Assembly: GCF_003044035.1 (NCBI RefSeq)
Contig: NZ_NVQC01000009.1
Coordinates: 1-32,000 of the forward strand
Reading direction: 5' to 3'
DNA length: 32,000 nucleotides
From: Candidatus Methylomirabilis limnetica
Lineage (GTDB): Bacteria > Methylomirabilota > Methylomirabilia > Methylomirabilales > Methylomirabilaceae
The stretch's first letter is position 1. Every line of letters starts with the position of its first letter. Positions 1 to 7,759 of the stretch are shown one piece after another. The notes below the pieces were generated by a model. The model saw only the letters and a program-made list of their open reading frames with translations, was not told the DNA's origin and ran no database searches. A program made the position numbers and the translations under genes.

Positions 1-128
1 TTGGTTGAAATAGCCATTGAGAAATCCTCCCGTTTTCTGCAAGGGGTGCAGACCGGATTTTACCAGATGCCACAAGGCTTACAGAGGATTTCATGTTAAA
101 TTCACCCACTCGATTACGCGAAGAGCCA

Positions 129-181
129 TAATTTAGAACCTTCAGTCTTCAGCCTTCAGCCTAAACACCTGAGTAACTACT
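129..181. repeat. 53-bp repeat unit containing three tandem CTTCAGY heptamers; second copy at 26107..26159
   Basis: ataatttagaaccttcagtcttcagccttcagcctaaacacctgagtaactac matches 26107..26159 with 4 mismatches in direct orientation; it abuts the stop codon of the 180..491 ORF. Confidence 0.85.
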
Positions 182-491
182 AATCCAGGTCGATGTCCCG
201 AATGGGCCGGGCGATGGGTTCGTCTTTCGCCTTCTTGAGCAACTCCGTGAATTTCCGCTCCAACAGCTTTCCTTTTTCTTTCTCCGCTTCCATCGACTCC
301 TTGAAGCGCGCCTCCCGCCGGCCAGCCTCGCCCTTCAGTTCTTCGACCGCGGCCCTCAGGTCTGTGACGATCGCCTCTTTGGGTGGCAGCTCATGACGCA
401 AGACGGCGCCACGTTCGGGGTCAACGATCAGCCTCGCCTGGCAGCAGGGGCAGATCACCTCAATGGTAAATTTCGCCTCTTCGCTCATCAT
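180..491 (-). CDS. small hypothetical protein: N-terminal CPCC cysteine cluster, then a Lys/Glu-rich helical tail
   Basis: 103-aa ORF with ATG start (two adjacent ATGs at 486-491), same strand as mtnD and 99 nt downstream of it; no family recognised by eye. Confidence 0.5.
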   Translation of the reverse strand: MMSEEAKFTIEVICPCCQARLIVDPERGAVLRHELPPKEAIVTDLRAAVEELKGEAGRREARFKESMEAEKEKGKLLERKFTELLKKAKDEPIARPIRDIDLD

Positions 492-590
492 TTACCCCCA
501 ATCCGACCTCACACAAAGACAGGCTAGCACACTGCATATCCCGCTGCAAAACCGGGTCAGCATGGGTGCTGGGGGAGGGGGTCTCTCGGG

Positions 591-1103
591 TCAGTAAATG
601 GCCGCCCAACCGGCAGGGTCCTGGAAGAGGCGAATGCACTTGATCTGCCGATCCTCGGCCAGAGTAAACCAGTGACGGGTACCCGCAGGCACGGTGATCA
701 GATCGCCTGGGTCTACCCTTACGTCGAAGTAGCAGCCACTCCGCCCGCGGATCGTGAAGATGCCGTGGCCGTCGATCACGAACCGCACCTCGTCCTCAGT
801 GTGGTGATGCTCCCGTCTGAACTTGTCGAGCAACGTCTCCAGGTCGGGGGTCTTTTCCCAGAGGACGACGATGTCGGCTGTAACATACCCCCCTTCAGCC
901 TTGAGCGTCTCCAGGTCGCCCTCAAACGTCGCCAGGATCTCCGCCTTTTCGGCCTCGGTCAGGGCGTAGTTGTCCCGCAATTCACCTCGCAGCTTCGACA
1001 CATCCCAGTTGCGGTAGACGAGGCCCTCGTCGTCGAGAAAGCTCGCCATCTCCGCCGGGGCGTCGATGCGCCGGTTATCGGGGTGCAGCCTGATCGCCGT
1101 CAT
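591..1103 (-). CDS. mtnD: acireductone dioxygenase (ARD, cupin), methionine salvage
   Basis: ORF 591..1208 trimmed to the ATG at 1103 (MTAIRLHPDN...), which overlaps the mtnB stop as ATGA; cupin metal motifs HHHTEDEVRF and GTRHWF; last gene of an mtnWXBD-order cluster. Confidence 0.85.
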   Translation of the reverse strand: MTAIRLHPDNRRIDAPAEMASFLDDEGLVYRNWDVSKLRGELRDNYALTEAEKAEILATFEGDLETLKAEGGYVTADIVVLWEKTPDLETLLDKFRREHHHTEDEVRFVIDGHGIFTIRGRSGCYFDVRVDPGDLITVPAGTRHWFTLAEDRQIKCIRLFQDPAGWAAIY

Positions 1104-1849
1104 GCTTCTCCTCCCACGATGCCCCCTTGCCCTGCCTCGGCCAGCTCGTAGGGGCGATCCTTGTGGTCGCCCTTCTGAGCAGGCACAAGGCCTGCCCCTA
1201 CAGTCCACCGACGGAGCAGGTATTCAAACATAAACTCGAAGGCTTCCACGTGCCGCTTGGCCTCGAACGGGTTCGTACCCCAGGCGTACAGTCCATGATG
1301 CCGGATCAGGATACCTGGCACCCTCGGGTCTGTAGTCCGCTCCACCACGGCCTCTGCCAGAACGGGTAGCTTAAAAAGATTCTCCACAATAGGAACCCGG
1401 ACCTCTGTCCCCTCCTCCCAGATGTCGAGCCCCTTGATCATCTCAAGATCCCGGAGCACAACCTCACCCTGGGAGGAGAACAGTTCCGCGATCAGGTTGT
1501 TCCACACCGTATGCACGTGTAAGACGCAGCCGCACCCGGTGGCCTCGTAGATGCGGGCGTGAACCACCGTCTCAGACGACGGGCGTGGTTCGACGTTGCT
1601 CACCACAGGCTGAACTCCGGGCCCCACTGGTTGAAGCGATCCGTCCACCAGGAGGAAGTCGGCCGCCGTCATCGCCTCTTTGTCCCGACCGCTGGCGGAG
1701 ACGACCAGCAAGAGTGGATCGCCCGGGGCGCTGACCCGAGCCGAGAGGTTGCCGCTGGTCGCGGGGAACCAGCCCCTCCGGGAGAAGCTGGCCGTAATCT
1801 CAACCAGAGCTGTCAGAGCCCGCTCTGTGGCTAGGCGCGCCATTGTCAT
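1100..1849 (-). CDS. mtnB: methylthioribulose-1-phosphate dehydratase (class II aldolase/adducin fold)
   Basis: Translation is class-II-aldolase-like (SGNLSARV, VLHVHTVW zinc-His region). Start set to the ATG at 1849, which overlaps the mtnX stop as ATGA; the track start at 1855 is a GTG two codons upstream. Confidence 0.82.
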   Translation of the reverse strand: MTMARLATERALTALVEITASFSRRGWFPATSGNLSARVSAPGDPLLLVVSASGRDKEAMTAADFLLVDGSLQPVGPGVQPVVSNVEPRPSSETVVHARIYEATGCGCVLHVHTVWNNLIAELFSSQGEVVLRDLEMIKGLDIWEEGTEVRVPIVENLFKLPVLAEAVVERTTDPRVPGILIRHHGLYAWGTNPFEAKRHVEAFEFMFEYLLRRWTVGAGLVPAQKGDHKDRPYELAEAGQGGIVGGEA

Positions 1850-2514
1850 CCGCACACCTCCGCCTCCACACGGTCGAGTACCGTCATGACATCATAGAAG
1901 GTCTCAAAGGGCTCATAGGGAATCCCGGCCTGCCGGCACTTGACGGACAACAGATCGCGGGCCACTACCATGTCGGCCAACCTGGCCGCGGGCAGGTCCG
2001 TGATCCCGTCTCCCACCACCACCCTGCGATACTGCTCCGATGGAAAGCGGCGCATGATGCTGGGCTTGCACATCCCGCAGTCGGCCAGACAGTGCTCGTC
2101 GCACCCGTGGGGCCAGAGGATGCGCACCGTTGGGCCACTGCAGTCGCTCTCGTTACAGTAGATCTGGTCCCGTGGCAGGAGCTCCTCCATGAGGGGGTAG
2201 ATGTAGAAATCGATCCCTCCGCTGGTCAGCAAAAATCGGTGGCCCTGGACCCGGCAGTACTCTATAAACTCCCGAAATCCTGATCGTAGCGTGGCGTTCC
2301 GCCGAGCATACGCCACCATCTCTGGGACGCGGTGCGAAGGGATCTGGGCAAAGAGGCGACCAACCCCCTCACGTACACTCAACGTCTCACTGATCACCGC
2401 GTCACGCACCGCCTCCCATCCTGGCTGGCCAAAGGCTTTAAAGAGGGACACGATGACCTCCTGCTCGGCGGCTGTCCCATCGAAGTCGCAGAAGATGACC
2501 ACCTGTCTGCTCAT
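1846..2514 (-). CDS. mtnX: HAD-family 2-hydroxy-3-keto-5-methylthiopentenyl-1-phosphate phosphatase
   Basis: HAD motif I FCDFDGT at the N-terminus and GDGITD motif near the C-terminus; ATG at 2514 overlaps the mtnW stop (ATGA); sits between mtnW and mtnB as in Bacillus. Confidence 0.78.
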   Translation of the reverse strand: MSRQVVIFCDFDGTAAEQEVIVSLFKAFGQPGWEAVRDAVISETLSVREGVGRLFAQIPSHRVPEMVAYARRNATLRSGFREFIEYCRVQGHRFLLTSGGIDFYIYPLMEELLPRDQIYCNESDCSGPTVRILWPHGCDEHCLADCGMCKPSIMRRFPSEQYRRVVVGDGITDLPAARLADMVVARDLLSVKCRQAGIPYEPFETFYDVMTVLDRVEAEVCG

Positions 2515-3764
2515 ATCGGAAACTCTTTCGGGATTCGGGCCTTGTCGCTACCCCACTGGTCAAGGGCCGCCCGAAGATCGCTGCTTCCTGCGGCAGCCTG
2601 TTCCAAGGGAACGCCGGCTACGCTAGCAGCTATCGCCGCGCGGAAGGCCCGCCCGCCCGCAGCCGCACCGCCCGGATGACCGTGGATGCCGCCGCCGGCA
2701 TTGATCACGACGTCGAAGCCGAAGTCGTCCATAATGTGTGGCACCAAACCAGGGTGAATCCCCGCTGAAGGCACAGGAAAAGCCGGAAGGCAGGGGAGGC
2801 GGGTCTTGTCCTTGAGTCGCGAGGCCAGATCCAGGGCCTCGGACCGTTCCAAGGCCATCCCGCCATAAGGGGACGGGAACAGGACCAGGTCGGCCCCGGC
2901 CAGACGCATCAGCGTCCCCAACAGAAGTGGCGCAGCGATGCCGTAGTCGCCGGAGGGGTACATGGCCCCAGCCAGCGCCGGGTGGGCCACAAGTGGTACG
3001 GTAATCTCCGGGTCCTCGGACAGCCGCTGCAAGAGGTCAAATCCGTAGGGTAGGACATTGATGAGCAGGGCATTCGCTCCCAGGCGCACGGCCCGTCGGG
3101 CCTTCTCGGGCAACTGATGGACGGGACCGGTAAGGTTGATGGCGTACAGCACCGCCTGGCCCGTCTCCCGCCGCGCCCGTTCGCCCGCCCGCAGGCACGC
3201 CTCCAGGCGCCGCTCAAATGGCGCTTCCGAGTCGTTGAAGAAGATCTCGTCGTCCTTGATCAGGTCCACGCCGCCCAATGCCTGCGGAAAGAACCCCTCG
3301 GCCAGCTCAGTAAGTGTAAGCCCAAGGCAGGACTTGAAGATGCTCATAAGCAACGGCCGACCGTGAACCCCGGTTCTTTCGCGTACCCCTTCCACCCCAA
3401 GCTTCGGCCCAGCAAAGGCGGCGGCGAAGTGGGGTGGCAGGGTAAGGTCCACCAGGCGGATCTTGCCATCCATAGAGAGCTTGCCGAAGGTACAGGTGAG
3501 CAGCGCCGGGAGGTCTGGTGTGAGGTTCGTGAGCGGGTAGGCGATACGGATAAGGTTCCCCTCCACCGTCACCACTCGACCGGCGTGGCGATCCAACGCT
3601 TCCTGCCGGGCAGCCGGCAGGCCGGTCCAACTGCCGACGGTCATGCCCAGCGCGATCGTCTCGGCCTTCTTGGCCAGATCACCCGAGGCGGCCAGGCGAT
3701 AGGTCGCAATAACATAATCTTTCCAGGTGTCGTTCAATTCAGACACTCTGGTCAATTGGCGCAA
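2511..3764 (-). CDS. mtnW: RuBisCO-like protein (form IV), predicted 2,3-diketo-5-methylthiopentyl-1-phosphate enolase
   Basis: RuBisCO large-subunit fold with GGVDLIKDDE, about 415 aa; function assigned from the mtnX/B/D context. Start ambiguous: TTG 3764, TTG 3755 (TTGA overlap with the CYTH stop) or GTG 3746. Confidence 0.85.
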   Translation of the reverse strand: MRQLTRVSELNDTWKDYVIATYRLAASGDLAKKAETIALGMTVGSWTGLPAARQEALDRHAGRVVTVEGNLIRIAYPLTNLTPDLPALLTCTFGKLSMDGKIRLVDLTLPPHFAAAFAGPKLGVEGVRERTGVHGRPLLMSIFKSCLGLTLTELAEGFFPQALGGVDLIKDDEIFFNDSEAPFERRLEACLRAGERARRETGQAVLYAINLTGPVHQLPEKARRAVRLGANALLINVLPYGFDLLQRLSEDPEITVPLVAHPALAGAMYPSGDYGIAAPLLLGTLMRLAGADLVLFPSPYGGMALERSEALDLASRLKDKTRLPCLPAFPVPSAGIHPGLVPHIMDDFGFDVVINAGGGIHGHPGGAAAGGRAFRAAIAASVAGVPLEQAAAGSSDLRAALDQWGSDKARIPKEFPI

Positions 3765-4288
3765 GGCCCTTGCGTCACCTCCGCCCTGCCGGCAAGAGCA
3801 GCGTAGGACTCTTTGACGAGCGATTGCGGATCGATCCCCAGCGCCCGCTGTATCCCTTGGACCTCGTCGGCGACTAACGGCAGCTCTCCCGAGTGATCGA
3901 CAGTCCCTTGAAGCTCAACAAAGCCGCCCAGCCCCTGCACCTTGTCGAGGTGGATCCGGACATTACCGATCACAAAGGTCTCGCGCCGCTTCGTGACCAC
4001 TGCACTGACACTGAGCGCCTTGGTGAGTATCGCCTTGAGACCCTCAGGGTCCTCTACCTGATAGAGATCGTAGTGACTTTCCCGCGCCCCGGCAACATCG
4101 CCTCGGGCATAATAGATCAGCTCGGCCCCTGACTCTGACGACTCCCGGAGCTTGAAGCGGCCATGGCTCACGCTGAAATAGGTATCGACCTGTCGCTCCG
4201 GCCCCTGACCCTCTGCCCCAAGCGACTCGCAACTCTCCCGAAGTCTTGCGAGATCTTCACAGCGCGCTTTCAGCTCGATGTTTAGCAT
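3752..4288 (-). CDS. CYTH-domain protein (class IV adenylate cyclase / triphosphate tunnel metalloenzyme family)
   Basis: 178 aa, N-terminal MLNIELKAR resembles the CYTH ExExK signature (first Glu is Asn here); ATG at 4288 with a GAGGAA Shine-Dalgarno; stop overlaps the mtnW start region. Confidence 0.72.
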   Translation of the reverse strand: MLNIELKARCEDLARLRESCESLGAEGQGPERQVDTYFSVSHGRFKLRESSESGAELIYYARGDVAGARESHYDLYQVEDPEGLKAILTKALSVSAVVTKRRETFVIGNVRIHLDKVQGLGGFVELQGTVDHSGELPLVADEVQGIQRALGIDPQSLVKESYAALAGRAEVTQGPCAN

Positions 4289-4291
4289 CGG

Positions 4292-4474
4292 TTAATTCCT
4301 CATCGCACGAACCTGCCCCTCGAACCGGGCATCCGGTTCCAGTCGGAACTCCTCCCCGCACTTGCCGCACTTTCCCAACCAGGAGCGATCCGGCTGTCTG
4401 GCCAGTGTGACGGCGCCGCAGACTATCTGGCCGGCGATCCGGTGAAGCGTGATAGCGACAAACTGCTCTTCCAC
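4292..4474 (-). CDS. small hypothetical protein (60 aa) with a CGKCGEEF CxxC motif
   Basis: GTG start preceded by GGAGGGAG 4-5 nt upstream; TAA stop lies 3 nt before the CYTH ATG, so it is tightly packed in the same transcription unit. Confidence 0.5.
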   Translation of the reverse strand: MEEQFVAITLHRIAGQIVCGAVTLARQPDRSWLGKCGKCGEEFRLEPDARFEGQVRAMRN

Positions 4475-4680
4475 TATCTCCCTCCAGGCATCAAGCTATC
4501 CCGAGTCCTACGAGTTGCTCCGGGCTTTCACCGCCATGAATCTTGGATATTGAGTACCGCCAGTTCTTCGGTGGCTCGTGGGATCCCACTTACAATCCTC
4601 TTTCTGCGTTTAAGGGGCAAATTCGAGCCAAAATCGCCGGAGGGGTTGGCGACTACGGGCGTGTGGCGGCTCGGTGGCGT

Positions 4681-6441
4681 TCACGTGGCGCTGAGGCGGC
4701 TGAGCCGCTGGCGGAGCATGTCATGCTCCTGCCGGATCTGGACGGGCAGCCGCGCGGCAAGCCGGTCGAAGAACAGACCTTGTTCCGCGTGCTCCGCAGC
4801 CCAGGCATCGGCATCGATCCTCAACAACTCATCCATGGCGCCAGCGGGCAAACTGAGCCCATCCATCTCCAACGCATCAGATGTGGGAACGAAACCTATG
4901 GGAGTCTCGGCGGCCTTGCCCTGACCTTGAACTCGCTCCAGGATCCACTTGAGGACGCGAATGTTTTCGCCAAAGCCGGGCCAGAGGAAGCGGCCCTGTG
5001 TATCGGTCCGGAACCAGTTGACGTGGAAAATCGCGGGAGGGTGGGCGATCCGCTGGCCCATGTCGAGCCAGTGGGCGAAGTAGTCGGCCATGTTATACCC
5101 ACAGAATGGGATCATCGCCATTGGGTCGCGCCGGGTGACCCCGACCGCGCCTGACTGCGCGGCTGTAGTCTCAGAGGCCATGCCGGCCCCGACGAAGACA
5201 CCGTGCTGCCAACTATATGATTGGTAGACGAGTGGCGCCACCCGAGCCCGGCGTCCTCCAAAGATGATCGCCGAGATCGGGACACCTTCCGGATCCTCCC
5301 AGTGAGGGGAGATCGACGGGCACTGCCTGGCGGGAACAGTGAAACGCGAGTTAGGATGTGCGGCCGCCCCCTCCCCCGGCGTCCAAGGATTACCTTGCCA
5401 ATCAACGAGACCATTGGGTGGTGTCGGGTCTTTTCCCTCCCACCATGGCTCGCCATCCGGCGTCACGGCCACATTGGTGAAGATCACATTTCTGTCGATC
5501 GCCGCCAGCATGTTCGAATTCGTCTTAACGCTGGTGCCGGGCGCGACACCGAAGAACCCGGCCTCCGGATTGATGGCTCGCAGCCGACCGTCGGGCCCGA
5601 CGTGCAGCCACGCGATGTCATCGCCCACGGTCCACACCTTGTAGCCCGAGAGCTGGAGAGGGGCGACAAGCATTGCCAGGTTGGTCTTGCCGCAGGCGCT
5701 CGGAAAGGCGGCCGCCATATAGGTGACCTGCCCTGACGGATCTTCCACTCCGATGATCAGGGTGTGCTCAGCCAACCAGCCCTCCTCTCGACCGATCCAA
5801 CTGGCGATACGAAGGGCGTGGCATTTCTTTCCCAGCAGGGCGTTGCCCCCATACCCTGACCCGATGCTCCAGATGAGACGCTCCTCGGGGAAGTGAAGGA
5901 TAAAACGGCGGTCCGGACTCAGGTCCCCAAGCGAGTGCAGGCCACGGACAAAACTGTCTGATTCGCCAAGCCGCTCAAGCGCGACCTTTCCCATGCGAGT
6001 CATGATCCGCATGTTGACGACGACGTAGGGGCTGTCCGTAATCTCCACGCCGATCTTGCTGTAGGGAGAGCCGGCCGGGCCCATAAGATAGGGGACGACA
6101 AACATCGTCCGGCCTTTCATGCTGCCCTCAAAGAGCTTCCCGACTTGCGCTCGCGCCTCTTTGGGCTCCATCCAGTTATTGGTGGGGCCGGCGTCCTCCT
6201 TTCGAGACGTACAAATGAAGGTCAGGTGTTCGGTCCTGGCGACATCCGACGGATGGCTCCGATGTAAGTAACATCCGGGGTAGCGCTGATGGTTCAGTCC
6301 AATCAAGGTCCCATCCCGTAGCATCCCCTCAATCAGGACCTGATACTCCTCCTCTGACCCATCGCACCAATGGATGCGGTCCGGACGGGTTATACTCGCC
6401 ACCTGATCCACCCACTGCTCTAACGCTCTATGCTGAGGCAT
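4681..6441 (-). CDS. pckG: phosphoenolpyruvate carboxykinase (GTP)
   Basis: GTP-PEPCK hallmark [10 protein letters not shown]-loop and full-length similarity. Start trimmed from 6522 to the ATG at 6441 ([10 protein letters not shown]...) with a GGAG Shine-Dalgarno; the upstream extension runs into a repeat element. Confidence 0.93.
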   Translation of the reverse strand: MPQHRALEQWVDQVASITRPDRIHWCDGSEEEYQVLIEGMLRDGTLIGLNHQRYPGCYLHRSHPSDVARTEHLTFICTSRKEDAGPTNNWMEPKEARAQVGKLFEGSMKGRTMFVVPYLMGPAGSPYSKIGVEITDSPYVVVNMRIMTRMGKVALERLGESDSFVRGLHSLGDLSPDRRFILHFPEERLIWSIGSGYGGNALLGKKCHALRIASWIGREEGWLAEHTLIIGVEDPSGQVTYMAAAFPSACGKTNLAMLVAPLQLSGYKVWTVGDDIAWLHVGPDGRLRAINPEAGFFGVAPGTSVKTNSNMLAAIDRNVIFTNVAVTPDGEPWWEGKDPTPPNGLVDWQGNPWTPGEGAAAHPNSRFTVPARQCPSISPHWEDPEGVPISAIIFGGRRARVAPLVYQSYSWQHGVFVGAGMASETTAAQSGAVGVTRRDPMAMIPFCGYNMADYFAHWLDMGQRIAHPPAIFHVNWFRTDTQGRFLWPGFGENIRVLKWILERVQGQGKAAETPIGFVPTSDALEMDGLSLPAGAMDELLRIDADAWAAEHAEQGLFFDRLAARLPVQIRQEHDMLRQRLSRLSAT

Positions 6442-6482
6442 CGGGTCTCCTTCGTGTCGTGCATCATAAATACTTTTACGTT

Positions 6483-6560
6483 CCGTTCGTGGTGAGCTGG
6501 TCGAACCATGAACGGAACCCATTGAAACACTTCACCCTTTCGACAGGCAAGGGCGAACGG
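6483..6560. repeat. MITE/REP-like element with inverted arms CCGTTCG..TCGAA / TTCGA..CGAACGG (copy 1)
   Basis: Arm ccgttcgtggtgagctggtcgaa (6483-6505) and arm ttcgacaggcaagggcgaacgg (6539-6560) are imperfect reverse complements; a related copy in inverted arm order lies at 30596..30673. Confidence 0.75.
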
Positions 6561-6620
6561 AATGTGTAAAGAAGCGTTGGATGTGCTACACCAGCAAGTC
6601 AATTTTCGATAACAATAAAA

Positions 6621-6695
6621 TGGCTCCCGGGGTAGGACTCGAACCTACAACCTAGCGGTTAACAGCCGCTCGCTCCACCGTTGAGCTACCCGGGA
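6621..6695 (-). tRNA. tRNA-Asn (anticodon GTT)
   Basis: Hand-folded cloverleaf: acceptor TCCCGGG/CCCGGGA, anticodon loop CTGTTAA, T-arm GTAGG-TTCGAGT-CCTAC, encoded CCA. Confidence 0.93.
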
Positions 6696-6713
6696 TCAAT
6701 AACAGCTTTAAGA

Positions 6714-6762
6714 ACAGCTTTCAGCGGTCAGCTATCAGCCAGAGACTGACAGCTGAAAGCGT
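6714..6762. repeat. heptamer-word hairpin (CAGCTTT/GCTGAAA family), possible recR terminator
   Basis: acagctttcagcggtcag (6714-6731) pairs with ctgacagctgaaagcgt (6746-6762) with one mismatch; lies between the recR stop and the tRNA-Asn 5' end. Confidence 0.7.
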
Positions 6763-6818
6763 TGTTGTAATTTAGCGCACCCGATGAGTGTGAGCAACCA
6801 CTTTCTACTCCGCGAGCG

Positions 6819-7418
6819 TCAGATCTCGCGTCGCCCCTCCAATGCCTTGGAAAGGGTTACCTCGTCGGCGTACTCCAGGTCGCTGCCCATTGGTAGGCCG
6901 CGAGCGATTCGCGTGGCCCGAACGCCTAACGGTTTCAACAGGCGCGAGAGGTACATCGCTGTCGCCTCGCCCTCGACGTTCGGATTCGTGGCCAGGATGA
7001 CCTCTTTAACCTCCCCTCCCTCCAGGCGCTGCAGAAGAGCCTTGGCCGTGAGCTGTTCAGGGCCGCGTCCCTCCAGTGGCGAAAGTGACCCTCCCAGCAC
7101 GTGGTACCGCCCCTTGAAGCTCGCGGTCTTCTCGATGGCCCAGAGGTCGTTCGCCTCCTCCACCACGCACAGCGCCGATCCGTCTCGATTTGGGTCGGAG
7201 CAGATGTTACATTGGTCGCTCTCAGAGATGTTGTAGCAGACCGCACAGCTCTGGATCCGATCCTTCAGCTCGATGATGGCCTGGGCCAACGCCACCGCCT
7301 CCTCCTTGGTGGCTTTGAGGAGATGGAAGGTCAGGCGTTGGGCGGTCTTGGGGCCGATGCCGGGAAGGCGGACCAGCTCACCAATCAGCCGAACCAGGGT
7401 AGGGGCATAGCGGGCCAC
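6819..7418 (-). CDS. recR: recombination protein RecR
   Basis: [11 protein letters not shown] helix-hairpin-helix, C4 zinc finger [16 protein letters not shown], Toprim region; GTG start; canonical dnaX-ybaB-recR order. Confidence 0.93.
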   Translation of the reverse strand: MARYAPTLVRLIGELVRLPGIGPKTAQRLTFHLLKATKEEAVALAQAIIELKDRIQSCAVCYNISESDQCNICSDPNRDGSALCVVEEANDLWAIEKTASFKGRYHVLGGSLSPLEGRGPEQLTAKALLQRLEGGEVKEVILATNPNVEGEATAMYLSRLLKPLGVRATRIARGLPMGSDLEYADEVTLSKALEGRREI

Positions 7419-7425
7419 GGCTGCT

Positions 7426-7740
7426 CTACACCAGCCCCGGGGGCAGTCCCAACCCGCCGGTCAGCCGACCCATCTCCTGGCTCAGCAGCTCGCGAGCTTT
7501 TCGGAGTGCCTCGTTCGCCGCCGCCACAACGAGGTCCTGCAGCATCTCCAATTCATCCGGGCCGGAGACCTCTGGATCGATCTTCACCTCGACAACCACG
7601 CCCTGACCGTTGCATACGACGGTGACCATCCCGCCGCCTGCGGTCCCTTCAACCCGTTTCGTCGCAGCCTCCGCCTGAATCCTTTCCGCCTCAGCTTGCA
7701 TTCGCTGCGCCTGCTTCATCAGGTTCCCGAGGTTCTTCAT
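7426..7740 (-). CDS. ybaB: YbaB/EbfC nucleoid-associated DNA-binding protein
   Basis: 104 aa, [15 protein letters not shown]... typical of YbaB; ATG start; sits between dnaX and recR. Confidence 0.9.
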   Translation of the reverse strand: MKNLGNLMKQAQRMQAEAERIQAEAATKRVEGTAGGGMVTVVCNGQGVVVEVKIDPEVSGPDELEMLQDLVVAAANEALRKARELLSQEMGRLTGGLGLPPGLV

Positions 7741-7759
7741 CTTATTCTCCTGTCACGCC

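Noticed and set aside
1-17. Possible start of a - strand gene leaving the window: ATG at 15-17 preceded by GGGAGGA 7 nt upstream
   Set aside because: Only five codons are visible, which is too little to call a CDS.
4475-4680. Possible SAM (S-box) riboswitch in the 206-nt leader between pckG and the small ORF heading the mtn cluster. The - strand contains AUAUCCAAGA...GGUGAAAGCCCGGAGCAAC...GCUUGAU, which faintly recalls the SAM-I P1 helix and core.
   Set aside because: The GAGGGA / GGCCC core and the kink-turn elements are missing, and only short stems can be drawn by hand. A cmsearch with SAM-I, SAM-IV and SAM-I/IV models would settle it, but I do not consider it supported.
6442-6602. N-terminal extension of pckG (to 6522) and ORF 6420..6602 (-)
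   Set aside because: Both are translations of the CCGTTCG hairpin element (for example [10 protein letters not shown]). The ATG at 6441 has a Shine-Dalgarno and matches the usual PEPCK N-terminus.
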